DNA of 49,659 nucleotides, counting the filler, from Catajapyx aquilonaris (taxonomy: Eukaryota), in the NCBI GenBank assembly GCA_000934665.2. It is 2 parts of 2 records of this genome, joined end to end, with 100 filler letters (N's around TTAATTAATTAA, not from the genome) between each part and the next. Parts side by side here need not be neighbours in the genome. Positions count along the whole stretch, not along the records: positions 1 to 24,767 come from JYFJ02005461.1; 1 more part is not named here. One strand, given 5' to 3'. The notes below the pieces were generated by a model. That model worked only from the letters and a program-made list of their open reading frames with translations. It ran no database searches and was not told the origin of the DNA. Made by a program: the position numbers and the translations under genes. Positions 12,979 to 24,499 of this stretch are shown piece after piece. How positions within the stretch are numbered: the stretch's first letter is position 1; every line of letters begins with the position of its first letter.

Positions 12979-13339
12979 CTACTGTGTCAGGAGGCTAGTC
13001 CTGCTAATATGATTAAAGCTGCATCAGGACTAGTGTTATAATCAGATGCTATTAAAATTTTGATTGTTTGGTGGCCATATTACATAGCTTCCATTTTCGT
13101 AGAATTCAAATTATACAATACGCTTGATACTGTATAACCAATTTTGCTATTAATCACTGCGTATTGGTGGTAGACGTTTACAATAATTTTAAACTACTTT
13201 CATTTACATGGTTTTGAAGGACAATCTTGTATCCACTAACGTTATGTACTTCTTAGTAAAAATAAACTTTTCACTCTTTCCCCAAGAGGAACTTTTTCTG
13301 ATAATACATGATATGTATCCTGGTTCCACAACCCTGGTA

Positions 13340-13760
13340 GACCGTGTTCATTTGAATTCGATAAGCACAGATGAATTTTTGTGCAACCAATGACCTTGTA
13401 GGGTGTGTAGACCGAATTGGCCGATAGCAGACTGCAAATTCTGTTATCAGTCGAGAGTGCAAGAAGCGCCATTTATACTAGAAAACTATGAGAACGGAAA
13501 ACTGATGAATGCCATTTTGTTTATGGACTGCGGAGCCGACCATCGCCTGAAAGACCAGGATGGAATCACCCCGGTCAAGCTGGCGATAAGTAATGACCAG
13601 AGTTACGTCACGCAGGCTATGATCATTCACAAGTATGCGTCGTACTTGTAAGAAGCAAGCTTTGTGCTCAAGCTCAACAGCTCTTTTTCAGACCTCAGCA
13701 AGTCCGACCGATTCCGGCAGCTCCATTCAGGCATACACCAGCACAATGAGCACAGCAGGT
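13340..13760 (+). pseudogene. Internally deleted ankyrin paralog of the C/D/E family
   Basis: 5'UTR-intron sequence (...TACTAGAAAACTATG) is fused directly to mid-repeat 4 (AGAACGGAAAACTGATG...). Repeat 5 and the linker exon 13692-13758 remain, with an in-frame TGA. No third exon. Confidence 0.8.
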
Positions 13761-14918
13761 ATAAGACAGTTTTATTCAATGACACATTACTTAGGCTTGT
13801 AAGTTGAAAATTTTCACACATTTTTCACTGTCAGGGCTTCGAATGGATGCCCGTACTGAATGCCGAAGGTGAATCCAAATCTTATCATGATTTCGGAAGC
13901 TCTTTTTACGGCCTTTCGTAGTATTAGTATCACAATGAAAATCGGCGGAAGTAAATATTTATATCTCAATATGGCGGAATTATTTTGGTTTTATTATAAC
14001 TCAAAGTTAGACATTTTTCAGAATAAACGTTTCATTCTTTAACGTCTTCAACGCAGTAGATATTTCTAATGTTACATTACTTGGACCCTGATCCTACAAC
14101 CAGAGAAGCTGGTGTGGGCAATAGGGCATAGGAAAGGAAGTACACTACATGTTACATAGGGCCTCAATAGATGACTAATTAAATCATATTTAAACTGTAC
14201 TGGAGGAGTGAAAATAATGCAATTCGGACCCTTTTGGAGCGAGAGATATTGACAACATAATCTGTATTGTTGCGAATTGCGCACATGTGTTAGAAATGCC
14301 ATATTAACAAAAAAAAACAACTACGAACCCAAGTGACTTAGTCAGATATTAACGGGGTTATTCCAGACCATGTAGGTCCTTAAACCCCGGGCCCCACATA
14401 GGGCCTATATCATCGAACCCAAGTGACTGTTACATAATCCTGCAGTTAGCTTTAAAATCGTCATCAGAAAAAAACAGTCAAAATTTGCTTTGTTCCCGAA
14501 ATAGTTGCTCTCCATTAAAAAAAAAAAAAAAACTATCATTCAGCGGATAACTGCTGCGCCCTTTCTTACCCTTAACCGGCAAATTTTGCGATATGACGGC
14601 AGCCTTGTGCTATCTAAACCACTACTTATCTAATCAACTTGGAAGCATACGAGACATTAGCAGTCGCAGTGAGAAGAAAGGATTACTTGAATGCAGTACT
14701 AGGATCAAAGCGGCTGAAAGGTAAGTCATATTCACTTGAATGTAATAAGCGCCAATGGCTTTCTGTGCAACCATTGACCTTGTAGAGTAAATTGGGAGAT
14801 GATTGGGAGGTACCTACACACTGCAAATTCTGTTATCAGTCGAGATAGTGCAAGAAGCGCCATTACTAGAAAACTATGTTTGAATCGTGACCTTGGTTTT
14901 AGCAGGGCTGTGCTCTAG

Positions 14919-16187
14919 ATGGCGGGGGGCAGAAGCCCTATGAACGACCTGCTGCACGATGCAGTCAACAACCGAGACTTGCCCTCAATGAAGTCGCTAG
15001 TAGAGGGGGGCCGAGACCTGAATGTACGCAACAGGTGGGCCGAAACGCCTCTTCACCTGGCCTGTCGAATGGGGTACCTCGAAGAGGCAGAGTACCTGGT
15101 GAGCAAGGGCGCAGACACGAGCAGGGCGGACGAGAACGGTAACACGGTCCTGCACGAGGCCGCCAAATCCGGTAGCAAGATCTTGTGTGAGAAGTTAATC
15201 TATCTGCTTCCAACGCTGAACAACGCAGGAAGAAGCGCTCTGCACACCGCGGCCGAGAATGGAAAACTGATGAGTGTTCGTTTGTTTCTGGACCACGGAG
15301 CCGATCCTCTCCTTAAAGACCAGGATGGAAACACCCCGGTGAAACTGGCGATGAGTAAAGACCGCAGTGACGTCTCGCAGGCTCTGCTCAATCACAAGTA
15401 TGCATCGTAATTGTAAGAAGCAAGCTTTGTGCTCAAACTCAACATCTATATTTTTCAGACCTCAGCAAGTCCGACAAATTCCGGCAGCTCCACCCAGTCC
15501 TGCACCTGCGGCTATGGCTGCACCTACAGCACCACAGGTACTAGTGAAGAGTGTTGGTGGCCACAGTTTTGCTTGACGACACATTTTCATCTGTCACACA
15601 ATAATACTTACACTTGGAAAATGTGATTTCAACATGGCTACAAAATGTTCACGAAACATCCACAATTTTAATGTTAATTTTTGTGGCCATTGGTGAATGA
15701 TTTAAAAAAATTATTGGGTGACGTAACAAGATCGATTCTCGCACCTAGATAGCTTCGACACTAACGTACACGATCGTTTCAGCCTGAAAATGTTCAATCA
15801 CTGTTAAAAGCCGCCAGAGAAGGCAAAGTGACGAACATTCAGATGGCATTGGCAGACGGAGCGGACGTCAACAGTCGAGACAAGCTAGGAGACACTGCGA
15901 TGCACATAGCGGCCAAGAGAGGTCATGTCGCAGTCATCAATTTTCTAATAAACGAAGATGGAGATGTCTCAGCGAGGAACCCCGATGGCGACACGCCGCT
16001 GCACTTGGCTTGTCAGAAGGGCCATTTAGAAGCGGTCAGGTGTTTAGTGACGGAAAAACCGGCTATCATTATGGTTAAGAATAACTTACAAAAAACGCCA
16101 TTGACAGTAGTGACGGGATTGGCAACAGGGGATGGAAATACTGAAGTGTACAAGCAAATTCAGGATCTCTTGAAAAATAATTCATAA
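14919..16187 (+). CDS. Ankyrin-repeat protein D: 5 ANK + Pro/Ala linker + 4 ANK, 320 aa
   Basis: Exons 14919-15397, 15459-15537 and 15783-16187 (963 nt). Linker KPQQVRQIPAAPPSPAPAAMAAPTAPQ. Non-coding exon donor AAAG|GTAAGT at 14721. Confidence 0.88.
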
Positions 16188-16849
16188 CTACTGTATCAGA
16201 AGACCATGTCAGTGTTATTAAAATTACATCAGAACGAGCATTAAAATGACCTATTAAAATTTGACAGTTTCAATGCCATATTACATGGATTCAATTTTTA
16301 ATAACTCAAATTATAGGCTTGATAACATGTAATTTGCCAGCAGTCTCCACATATGGGTGGTACGTGGTAGCATTTCCCCCCTCTTTTAAAATTATTTCAT
16401 TTGCATGATTTACATTACACGTTTTTCCAATGTTATGTCGAAGTCAGAATAAACTTTTCATACCATAAAACTGATCCTTTCCCTCAAAAGTATTTCTAAT
16501 GTTACATGACATGTACCCTGGTCCTAAAACCAGGGAAGCTGGTGTGGGTGACAAGACAAAGTAAATGAAGATCCAATAGGGCTTCAGTAGATGGCAAATT
16601 AAATTATGTTTCAATCGTAACTGGAAGAGTTAAAATAGTAATTCAGACCCATTTGTATCCCAAACTATTAAAAATTGTTCACAACAATAGTATTGTTGCA
16701 GGTGCCACCGTGAATCCTGTAGTTAGCATTAAAATAATCAGAAAAATTAGTTGCCAGAAATAGTTGCAGTTAAATAAAAACACTATCATTCAGCCGATAA
16801 GTAGTTCGACCTTTCCTAGAAATCCTCTTGGCAAATAAATTATGCGATA

Positions 16850-16873
16850 TGACGTCAGCCTTGTACTATAAAA
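16850..16873 (+). promoter_or_regulatory. CRE palindrome (TGACGTCA) and TATA box (TATAAAA) upstream of ankyrin gene E
   Basis: TGACGTCA at 16850-16857 and TATAAAA at 16867-16873, in a block alignable with the D and C upstream regions, about 100 nt before the non-coding exon donor. Confidence 0.4.
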
Positions 16874-17158
16874 CCACTGCGTATCTAATCACGTTGGAGG
16901 CAAGCGAATCACTTGCCAGTCGATGTAAGAAGAAAGGACTGCTTGCATGCCTGATAGTGTCAATAAGCTGAAAGGTAAGCCATATTCACTTGAATTTAAT
17001 AAGTGCCTATGACTTTTTGTGTAACCATTGACCTTGTAGACCAAATTGGCATGTTATTAAAGGACATGGAGGCTGCATTTCAGTCGAGATAGTGGAAGAG
17101 ACGCCAGCGTATAGTTTGTTTTCATCGTGACCTTGGTTTTAGCAGGGCTGTGCTCTAG

Positions 17159-18245
17159 ATGGCGGAAGGCATAAACCCAATGAACGATGTGCTGCATGAT
17201 GCAGTCAACTACAGAGACTTGCCCACAATGAAGTCTCTAGTAGAGGGTGGCCGAAACGTAAATGTACGTAACAGGTTCGCCGAAACACCTCTTCACCTGG
17301 CCTGTCGAATGGGGTACATCGAAGAGGCAGAGTACCTGGTGAGCAAGGGCGCAGACACAAGCAGGAGGGACGAGAGAGGTAACACGGTCCTGCACGAGTC
17401 GGCCAAATCCGGAAACCCCATCTTGTGTGAGAAGTTCATCTCTCAGCTTCCAACGCTGAACAACGCAGGAAGAAGCGCACTGCACACCGCGGCCGAGAAT
17501 GGAAAACTGATGAGTGTCCGTTTGTTTCTGGACCACGGAGCTGAACCTTTTCTTAGAGACCAGTCTGGAATCACCCCGGCCAATCTGGCAATGAGTAATG
17601 ACCACAGTGACGTTTCGCAGGCTCTGATCGATCACAAGTATGCATCTCAATTGTAAGCAATATTTGTGCTCAAAATCTCTTTTTCAGATCTCACCAAGTC
17701 CACCCGAATCCGCCAGCCCAGATCGGGCCTGCACCAGCACCAGGAGCACAACAAGTAAGAGAGTTCTGTTCAATGACACCTGTGTGAGAGTGGTATATGA
17801 AAATATATTCTACATAATATCGTTTCAGGGTCCAGTGTCTGAGTGTGTTCTAGTACTGTTCAAAGCCGCCAGAGAAGGAAAGGTATCCCACATTCACAAG
17901 TCCTTGGCAGACGGAGCGGACGTCAACAGTCGAGACAACAACTCCGGAGACACAGCAATGCACGTCGCGGCCAAGAGAGGCCATGTCGAAGCCATCAATT
18001 TTCTAATCGAAGAAGGTGGCGATGTCTCAACAGTGAACCACGATGGCGACACGCCGCTTCATTTGGCTTGTCGGAAGGGTTATTTAGAAGCTGCCAGGTG
18101 TTTGGTTACCGAGAAGCCGTTGATAGCTAAGGCTAAGAATAAGGAGGGGAAAACGCCAATTACAATAGCCACGGGATATGCAAAAGGGGCAGGAAATACT
18201 AGGGCGTACAAGCAAATTGTTAGTCTTTTGAAAGATCATTCGTAA
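17159..18245 (+). CDS. Ankyrin-repeat protein E: 5 ANK + Pro/Ala linker + 4 ANK, 320 aa
   Basis: Exons 17159-17637, 17688-17754 and 17829-18245 (963 nt). Linker KSHQVHPNPPAQIGPAPAPGAQQ. Confidence 0.88.
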
Positions 18246-19087
18246 CTACTGTATGAGTAGGATCAGTCCTTTCGAGTACTCTTCAAGGAGTTTGATCAAT
18301 TAACAGTAGGTAAATGTGTGGGTGCTGATGGAAGACTGCGTTGAGCTACATCCGACCAGTTGCCTTGAAGTAAAAAGTACTGCATCATACCTGGATTCTT
18401 AACGTGATGGAAACGTGGACATGGATATGTCCGATGTGAATTAGTACAGTAATTTTATTTGTTCATCATGTGTACTTTGACCAACTCGCGAATAAATCCA
18501 GCAATGCGCTACAAAAATCAAAATTCCTCAAGTGCAATTTATCTATCATCCTAAACTGGATCGAGATATTTAAGACTCCATTATAAATACTATTGTACAG
18601 TTGAATATAGTGTGCTCATATAAAATACTTTAATATTTATTACATAAATGACTGTATTACAATCATCTACTGTAAAAAATTATTATTTGGAAGTCGATTT
18701 ATTATAACACAAATTATGAGTTTGGTGCAGCGCAATTTTGCCAGCAGTCATTATCATTACATGAGGGTGGTATAGCTATTGTTCCCTGTATTGTCAAGCC
18801 ATTTCACTTACATTGTTTTTAAAGGAATAGGATGTATCGACTATGTATGCCTAAAATGGGCCTCCAATGTTACTTCGTGACAAAAGTTGCTCATCACCTG
18901 TAAGAGATTAATATTATTTCCATACCAGGGACTAGTGCAAATTAAATCAGTTTTGAATTGTACTAGAGGCAACGCCGTACAAATAATGTAATTTTTCAGA
19001 CCCATTTGGTTATTAAAACATGCTTCATATAATTGTATTGTTTTACATGCGTTTTTAACGCCACGGACATCAAAATGCCAACTGTGA

Positions 19088-19328
19088 GGGGATAAGGAGC
19101 CCGCCTGCTAATCGGGAGCTCCTGGGTTCGAATCACTGAGCTGGCGACCCTGACCATGGTTTTCCATGGTCCTTTCCAGGACAATTCCGGGGTCGTTTTC
19201 GTAAAAATAGGCCACAGCCGCTTCCTTCCTTCCCTATCCCTGGTCCCATCCAATGGTGGTAATCCACCCCTCTAAAGGAGCCAACGGCTCTAGCCCGGGG
19301 TATGATAAATATAAACAAACAAATAAAT
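19088..19328 (+). mobile_element. tRNA-derived SINE, family 1
   Basis: B box GGTTCGAATC, body GGTTTTCCATGG...AATAGGCCACAGCCGCTTCCTT, A-rich tail. Second copy at ~32450-32620. Confidence 0.75.
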
Positions 19329-22088
19329 TAGACGAAATAGTTCAAACGGAACGACATTAATTAAGAAGGCGAATCGCTGCTATTTGTATCACTACTCATA
19401 TGAGCTACACCATAACATACTTTCCAGAAGAACATTAATGAATAACCTTGATCATGATGTTCATTAAGACTTATGGGTGTCAATCCAGACGAACTACGAG
19501 ACACTAATCACGACCTACTACGACACACTAAGCCAATCGTAATAACATTTTGCATCATGCAGGACATGCCAATATGAACATATTAATCATGAAGATCTAC
19601 GGAGGGGAGATCATTATTGCTTCCTTTAGCAGCAAAATTCAACAATCATTCCTTTTAAGTACACTCATAACATTTAGAGAGTGACTTACCCACCAAAAGA
19701 TGACTCATGCTGACGACACAGAATGGCAACAATTTTTGTTTAAAATGTTTTTTCCGCATCAAAGAGTATTTTGGATCCATCAACGGGACTAATTAGTTAA
19801 GAGAGCAAATTTTAAATAAAACGCGACTGGTTTTGTGGAACCATCAAATGCATCCTTAAAATGTTCTTGTGATCACGTCCAAGGGCGAAAATCCTACCAG
19901 CTACTTTATCGATTTAATGCCGAGCAAAAATATACGAGCAGTATGCAATCACACTAAGTGCACATCTGGTGTTAGTTCAAAAAGGTATAATTTCAATTAA
20001 CAAAAAAAAAGAGTGCAATATAACTACTAGGCAGCACACAGTGAAGCTGAAATTGCAAGTGAAATATCTCAACATTGTACATACACAGTTGGAATATTTA
20101 TAATATACCAAAAAAAATTCATTTGAAGCGAGCACAATTATATTAAGAGTGACGCTTAAGTGAAGATGTCAATAACCTTTCACAAAAAATTTACAGAAAA
20201 GAATGTGAGTATACAGAAAATGACTCCGAGCGACATGTAGAGACAAAATCGTCCCGATGAAACTCTTCATGACGACTTAAGCCATTCATTTCTTAGATTT
20301 GAATACTGAAAAGTAGCTTTCTGATATCGCGTCGCCGGGCCGCCATTTCATTACGAGACACCCAACATGGGAACTTGAGTTAGCGCCATACAATTAAAGC
20401 ACCACAAAAACTACCATTAGCGATATTTATTATTTCATACAAAAGAGGAAGACGATTCCTCCAGAAATTCCTGCAATTCATATATAATTACTTAAGCAAT
20501 ATTAAAACCAAGAATAATTCTGATATAGGAACGCGACACATGCAACAAAAAAATTGCGACATACGTACGTACGACGCTCCCCGCCAGCACACATAACAAA
20601 TACAGTCCAGTCTCAATAATTCATTGTTACAACAGTTATTGAAGATATAGAGGGACAATGGACAGCGAATGACGCTATATTAATTGAGCGGAGAGATTAA
20701 ATCCACTACGGCATAAAATGCAGATTGACGATAATGAACTAGAAGTGTGCTTAGACCAGCTTACTGACACACATGAGTTCGTGAACTACAGCCAAAAAAA
20801 ACCTGACGGACATCGCAATAATCAAGTGCTGAAATAGCAGCACCAAATGACGACTTTCCTCAGGACTAATGGCAATTGCGATAATTACAATAGGCAATTA
20901 ACAGACATAATCTGCAGAAATTGCTACTAATAACAACATAGAGACAAAAATGCACGTCACATTACTATTAGGCAACATGATGCAGAGCTATTGTGAATAA
21001 ATATTATTCGCTTCCTAATCACGTATGAAGGCTCTTTTAAGTGGGACATAAAACATTGCTTCTCTTTGCCGAGCACTGTGAGTTAGCAAGAACCGTGATG
21101 ACATTATTGGACGACTATTCTGTGTGATGAGTTAACAGCCTCGAATTTTTAAACGACTTCCGATGTTGCGAATAAATCTTGGCCAATAATTATAATTTCT
21201 TAATTGCACCATTTTTGAGTTTGTCTTGTATTGTGATTCGTAATTACGTATTTAATTACACCACGTAAACGTGTAGACAGTGCATATGAGGTGGCAAAGA
21301 AATAGGTTTTTATCATTCCAATAAGTAAACAGCTCCAAACGATTGCAGTAATTGTTCTGGAATACACAGCGGTTATAAATACAGATATAACTTTCAAGGG
21401 CTAAAAATTGCCTTTATTCACAACGGAGGAGGGCAAAGAATTAGACGAAGGCCGAAGGACGACTAAGAGGCTACACTATCAGTACGAACGAAGGTCATTT
21501 TTATTATAGTCAGTGCATCAACATGAAGTCATCGGACCCTATACGTGAATTAGCAGGAAATCCAGTCAGCTCTGAAGAAGCCATCTTATGACGAGGTCTT
21601 TGCATTGTTTTTAATGTTGTAGAATGTGGATCAGACTTTGTCATGGTTATGTAAGTACCTTAACTAAAAACCTAAAGCCTATTAAAGTAGTCCACACCAC
21701 GCTGTAACAGATGGACGGAAAGTTCACCTCGCTCCGCCAATCCCCAGGTCAAACCATTGACAATAACTACGGAGATGTGACCAAGACTGTGAGTATGGAG
21801 ACCTCACAAACAGTAACTTTGTTGATCAGATATAGTGAGAACGCATCTGACAGGTGTGCTAACATTTTTCATTCCTATTGGCGAAGTTCTGCGAATTACA
21901 AAAACAGATGACTCACTGATCATGAGACAATTCTTAGTAAGTCAATCACAATAATTGCATATTTCACCATTGTTGTTTTCAACGTGCAGGGTGACGATCT
22001 TTCCAGGCTGGACAGGTCATGACACAAATTGGGGCACGGTTAAGAATACCATCTGACGAAGCAGATGATTCACATAATAAAATCATGG

Positions 22089-23542
22089 ACTCGTTAATGG
22101 AATAGTCAGCGACGCTTTTTAACTTTGAGAAAAGGTCGTTCATGGGCAGAAGAGACACGACCACCGCCTGCTGGTAACACTGGTAAAGTGATTCAAACCA
22201 ACTACCTTGGCTTGAACATTCCATAGGTGTCCAACAGAGTTCATCAGGAACAATGAAACGCAAGAGCACAAAAAGACTGATCGGAGGGAGCAGAATCAAC
22301 AGTTCAGACCATTGTGACTGACGCAGACCATTATAAAATTACACATCTCCAAAAAAATTGACAACTTTGTACGTTCCCATGAAACTGACCTTAGAGGGAC
22401 TCATGCACACATACTCAAGACTGCAGTTACAGTATTTATCTTTGCCAACTACAAGCACATGAGAAAATCCACTAACCCTCTGTGAACCTCAACAGTGGCA
22501 TATGAAGTCAGCCAACGTCATGGGTCTGTGGACGAGTTGGAGCATAAAGTATAGCTACGCTGTGAACAAAGATCTGCTTTTAATGAATTGTAGTAGCATC
22601 TTTTGGAGATGCATGATTACATAAAGTCTGCTTACATCTGATGACATTACCAGTATCACTGTTCTTCATGCCACAGTTGTGTAACGAGTATGTGTATTAA
22701 AAACACACCATAACCACAGGATTCATAAGGAAAGCCCGAGATGATACTCACATCATGTACACTGCACATGTAAATATATTGCCATAATGCTTGGAGATAT
22801 TTGGCATTGACACAGCTCAGATCATCTCCTTCTTCTCTGTTCACTTAATAGAAGTCATGAACTTGTAATGGCACGCCCACAAAAGGAAATCCGTACTGTG
22901 AAGCCACATAAGCAACATTTGCTGTAACTCCTGCAACTGACCTTCCATCAGTGCTAACCCTAGCTTCGGGTGTTGGGGGAAGAGGACGGACGCGACGGCG
23001 GCCAGTGATACCAGATGATTGGATAGTGATGAGGATGTCGACTGGAACAGTTATAACGTTGAGAAATACGCTCAGTTTTCACGGGAAACATACCAAAAGT
23101 GTGTCGAGTTGTCACCGGCAAAATCACACTTTTGAAGACAACACAACACTTTTTAAAATGGCAGCAATTTGAAAGACAAATTAATCTAAGTAAACTTACA
23201 TGAAAGCAGGTTAAACCACTCGTTGATGGAATAGATAGCGACGCTTTTTAACTTTGAGAAAAGGTCGTTCATGAGCAGAACAGATACGACCACCGCCTGC
23301 TGTTAACACTGGTAACACTGATTCAAGCCAACTACCTTGGCTTGAACATTCCACAGCTGTCCAACAGGGTTCATCAGTTATAAAATTACGCATGAAAAGG
23401 TATCACCAAAAAATGGACAACTTTGTACGTTCCCATGAAACTGACCTTAGAGGGACGCATGTATACACAGACTAAGATTGCAGTTACAGTATTTATCTTT
23501 GCCAACTCCAAGCACATGCGAAAATCCACCAACCCTCTGTGA
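22089..23542. repeat. Diverged direct duplication (22089-22484 and 23218-23542)
   Basis: Shared blocks such as AGCGACGCTTTTTAACTTTGAGAAAAGGTCGTTCATG and GACAACTTTGTACGTTCCCATGAAACTGACCTTAGAGGGAC. The second copy lacks ~85 bp. Confidence 0.85.
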
Positions 23543-24499
23543 TACTCCCTGTAAGCAGCTCGATAAAATTTATACCAAGTATAGTGCGACTTAAAACACC
23601 GATCATCATTACAAAATAAAACATTTAAGTCTAAGCAATGAACCACTCGGTAATCATTGTTTGATTTCGTGTAAATCAATTTATTCATGGCATTTACAGT
23701 ATTACAATTGGTGGAAAGTTTTGCGGAAAATATACAAGTGTAATGTTCACACTTACTCGTACAAGGAGGGGACCAGAAGGAAGCCACTCAAAATGACAAG
23801 AACCACTACAAAAGGCACAAAGCAACTACTGATCAGCCAACAGAAAAACTCTGTAAGGTCAATCAAGGAAAAAGATGAATCACAATGGCTACGATGATTT
23901 ACTCACAGTGGCTGACAGCTTCTTATGTGCCAAATAAAGAGATTGGACAACAGTGGCTGGCGGTCCAAAGTAGATCCTAATCGACTGACCCCCTGCACAC
24001 ACTTTTGACTTATTAAGGTCGACGAACATTTTGAAGAAGCCTTTCGTTATAGGCAGAAAAATTAGACTACATGTGAAATATTATTAAAATCATACGAGGA
24101 ATATAAGGGGTTTTTGCACGGTATATCACATCATCCTGTCGTGATGTCCATTGCAACTACCATGAACGCGACTACCACCTTTCTGCATATGAGTGAAAAA
24201 CAGGAGGAGATCACCAAACAAGCCGATTTATGCACGATGCAGTAGTATTTATATGTCAGAACTTTAAAGGCATGCAGGGAAGAATGCCTACCACTCCGTC
24301 ACTGTCAGGCTTTACCTGGCCAAACAGTTCACACCCATCATATTGGGGGTATAATTCACGAAACAGTGCAGTACACTTTCTCATATTACCGTATTTTATG
24401 TGAGCACAAATTACTAATATTAATCCTATCTGTGCATCCTGTGGAGGAAAATTTATCGTCCCACATGCATTTGTGCATCATGGTGATATCCAACGTCTA

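Noticed and set aside
11811..17650. Antisense ORFs over the ankyrin exons (e.g. 11811-12242, 17237-17650)
   Set aside because: Shadow frames of the sense CDS; their similarity follows from the gene duplication.
17640..17828. N-terminal part of the 201-aa ORF 17640-18245
   Set aside because: Runs through intron 1, the linker exon in another frame and intron 2; paralog comparison supports the spliced model.
24031..24060. Hammerhead-like TTGAAGA-AGCCT...AGGC-AGAAA
   Set aside because: The core C of CUGANGA is missing and stems I and III could not be formed.
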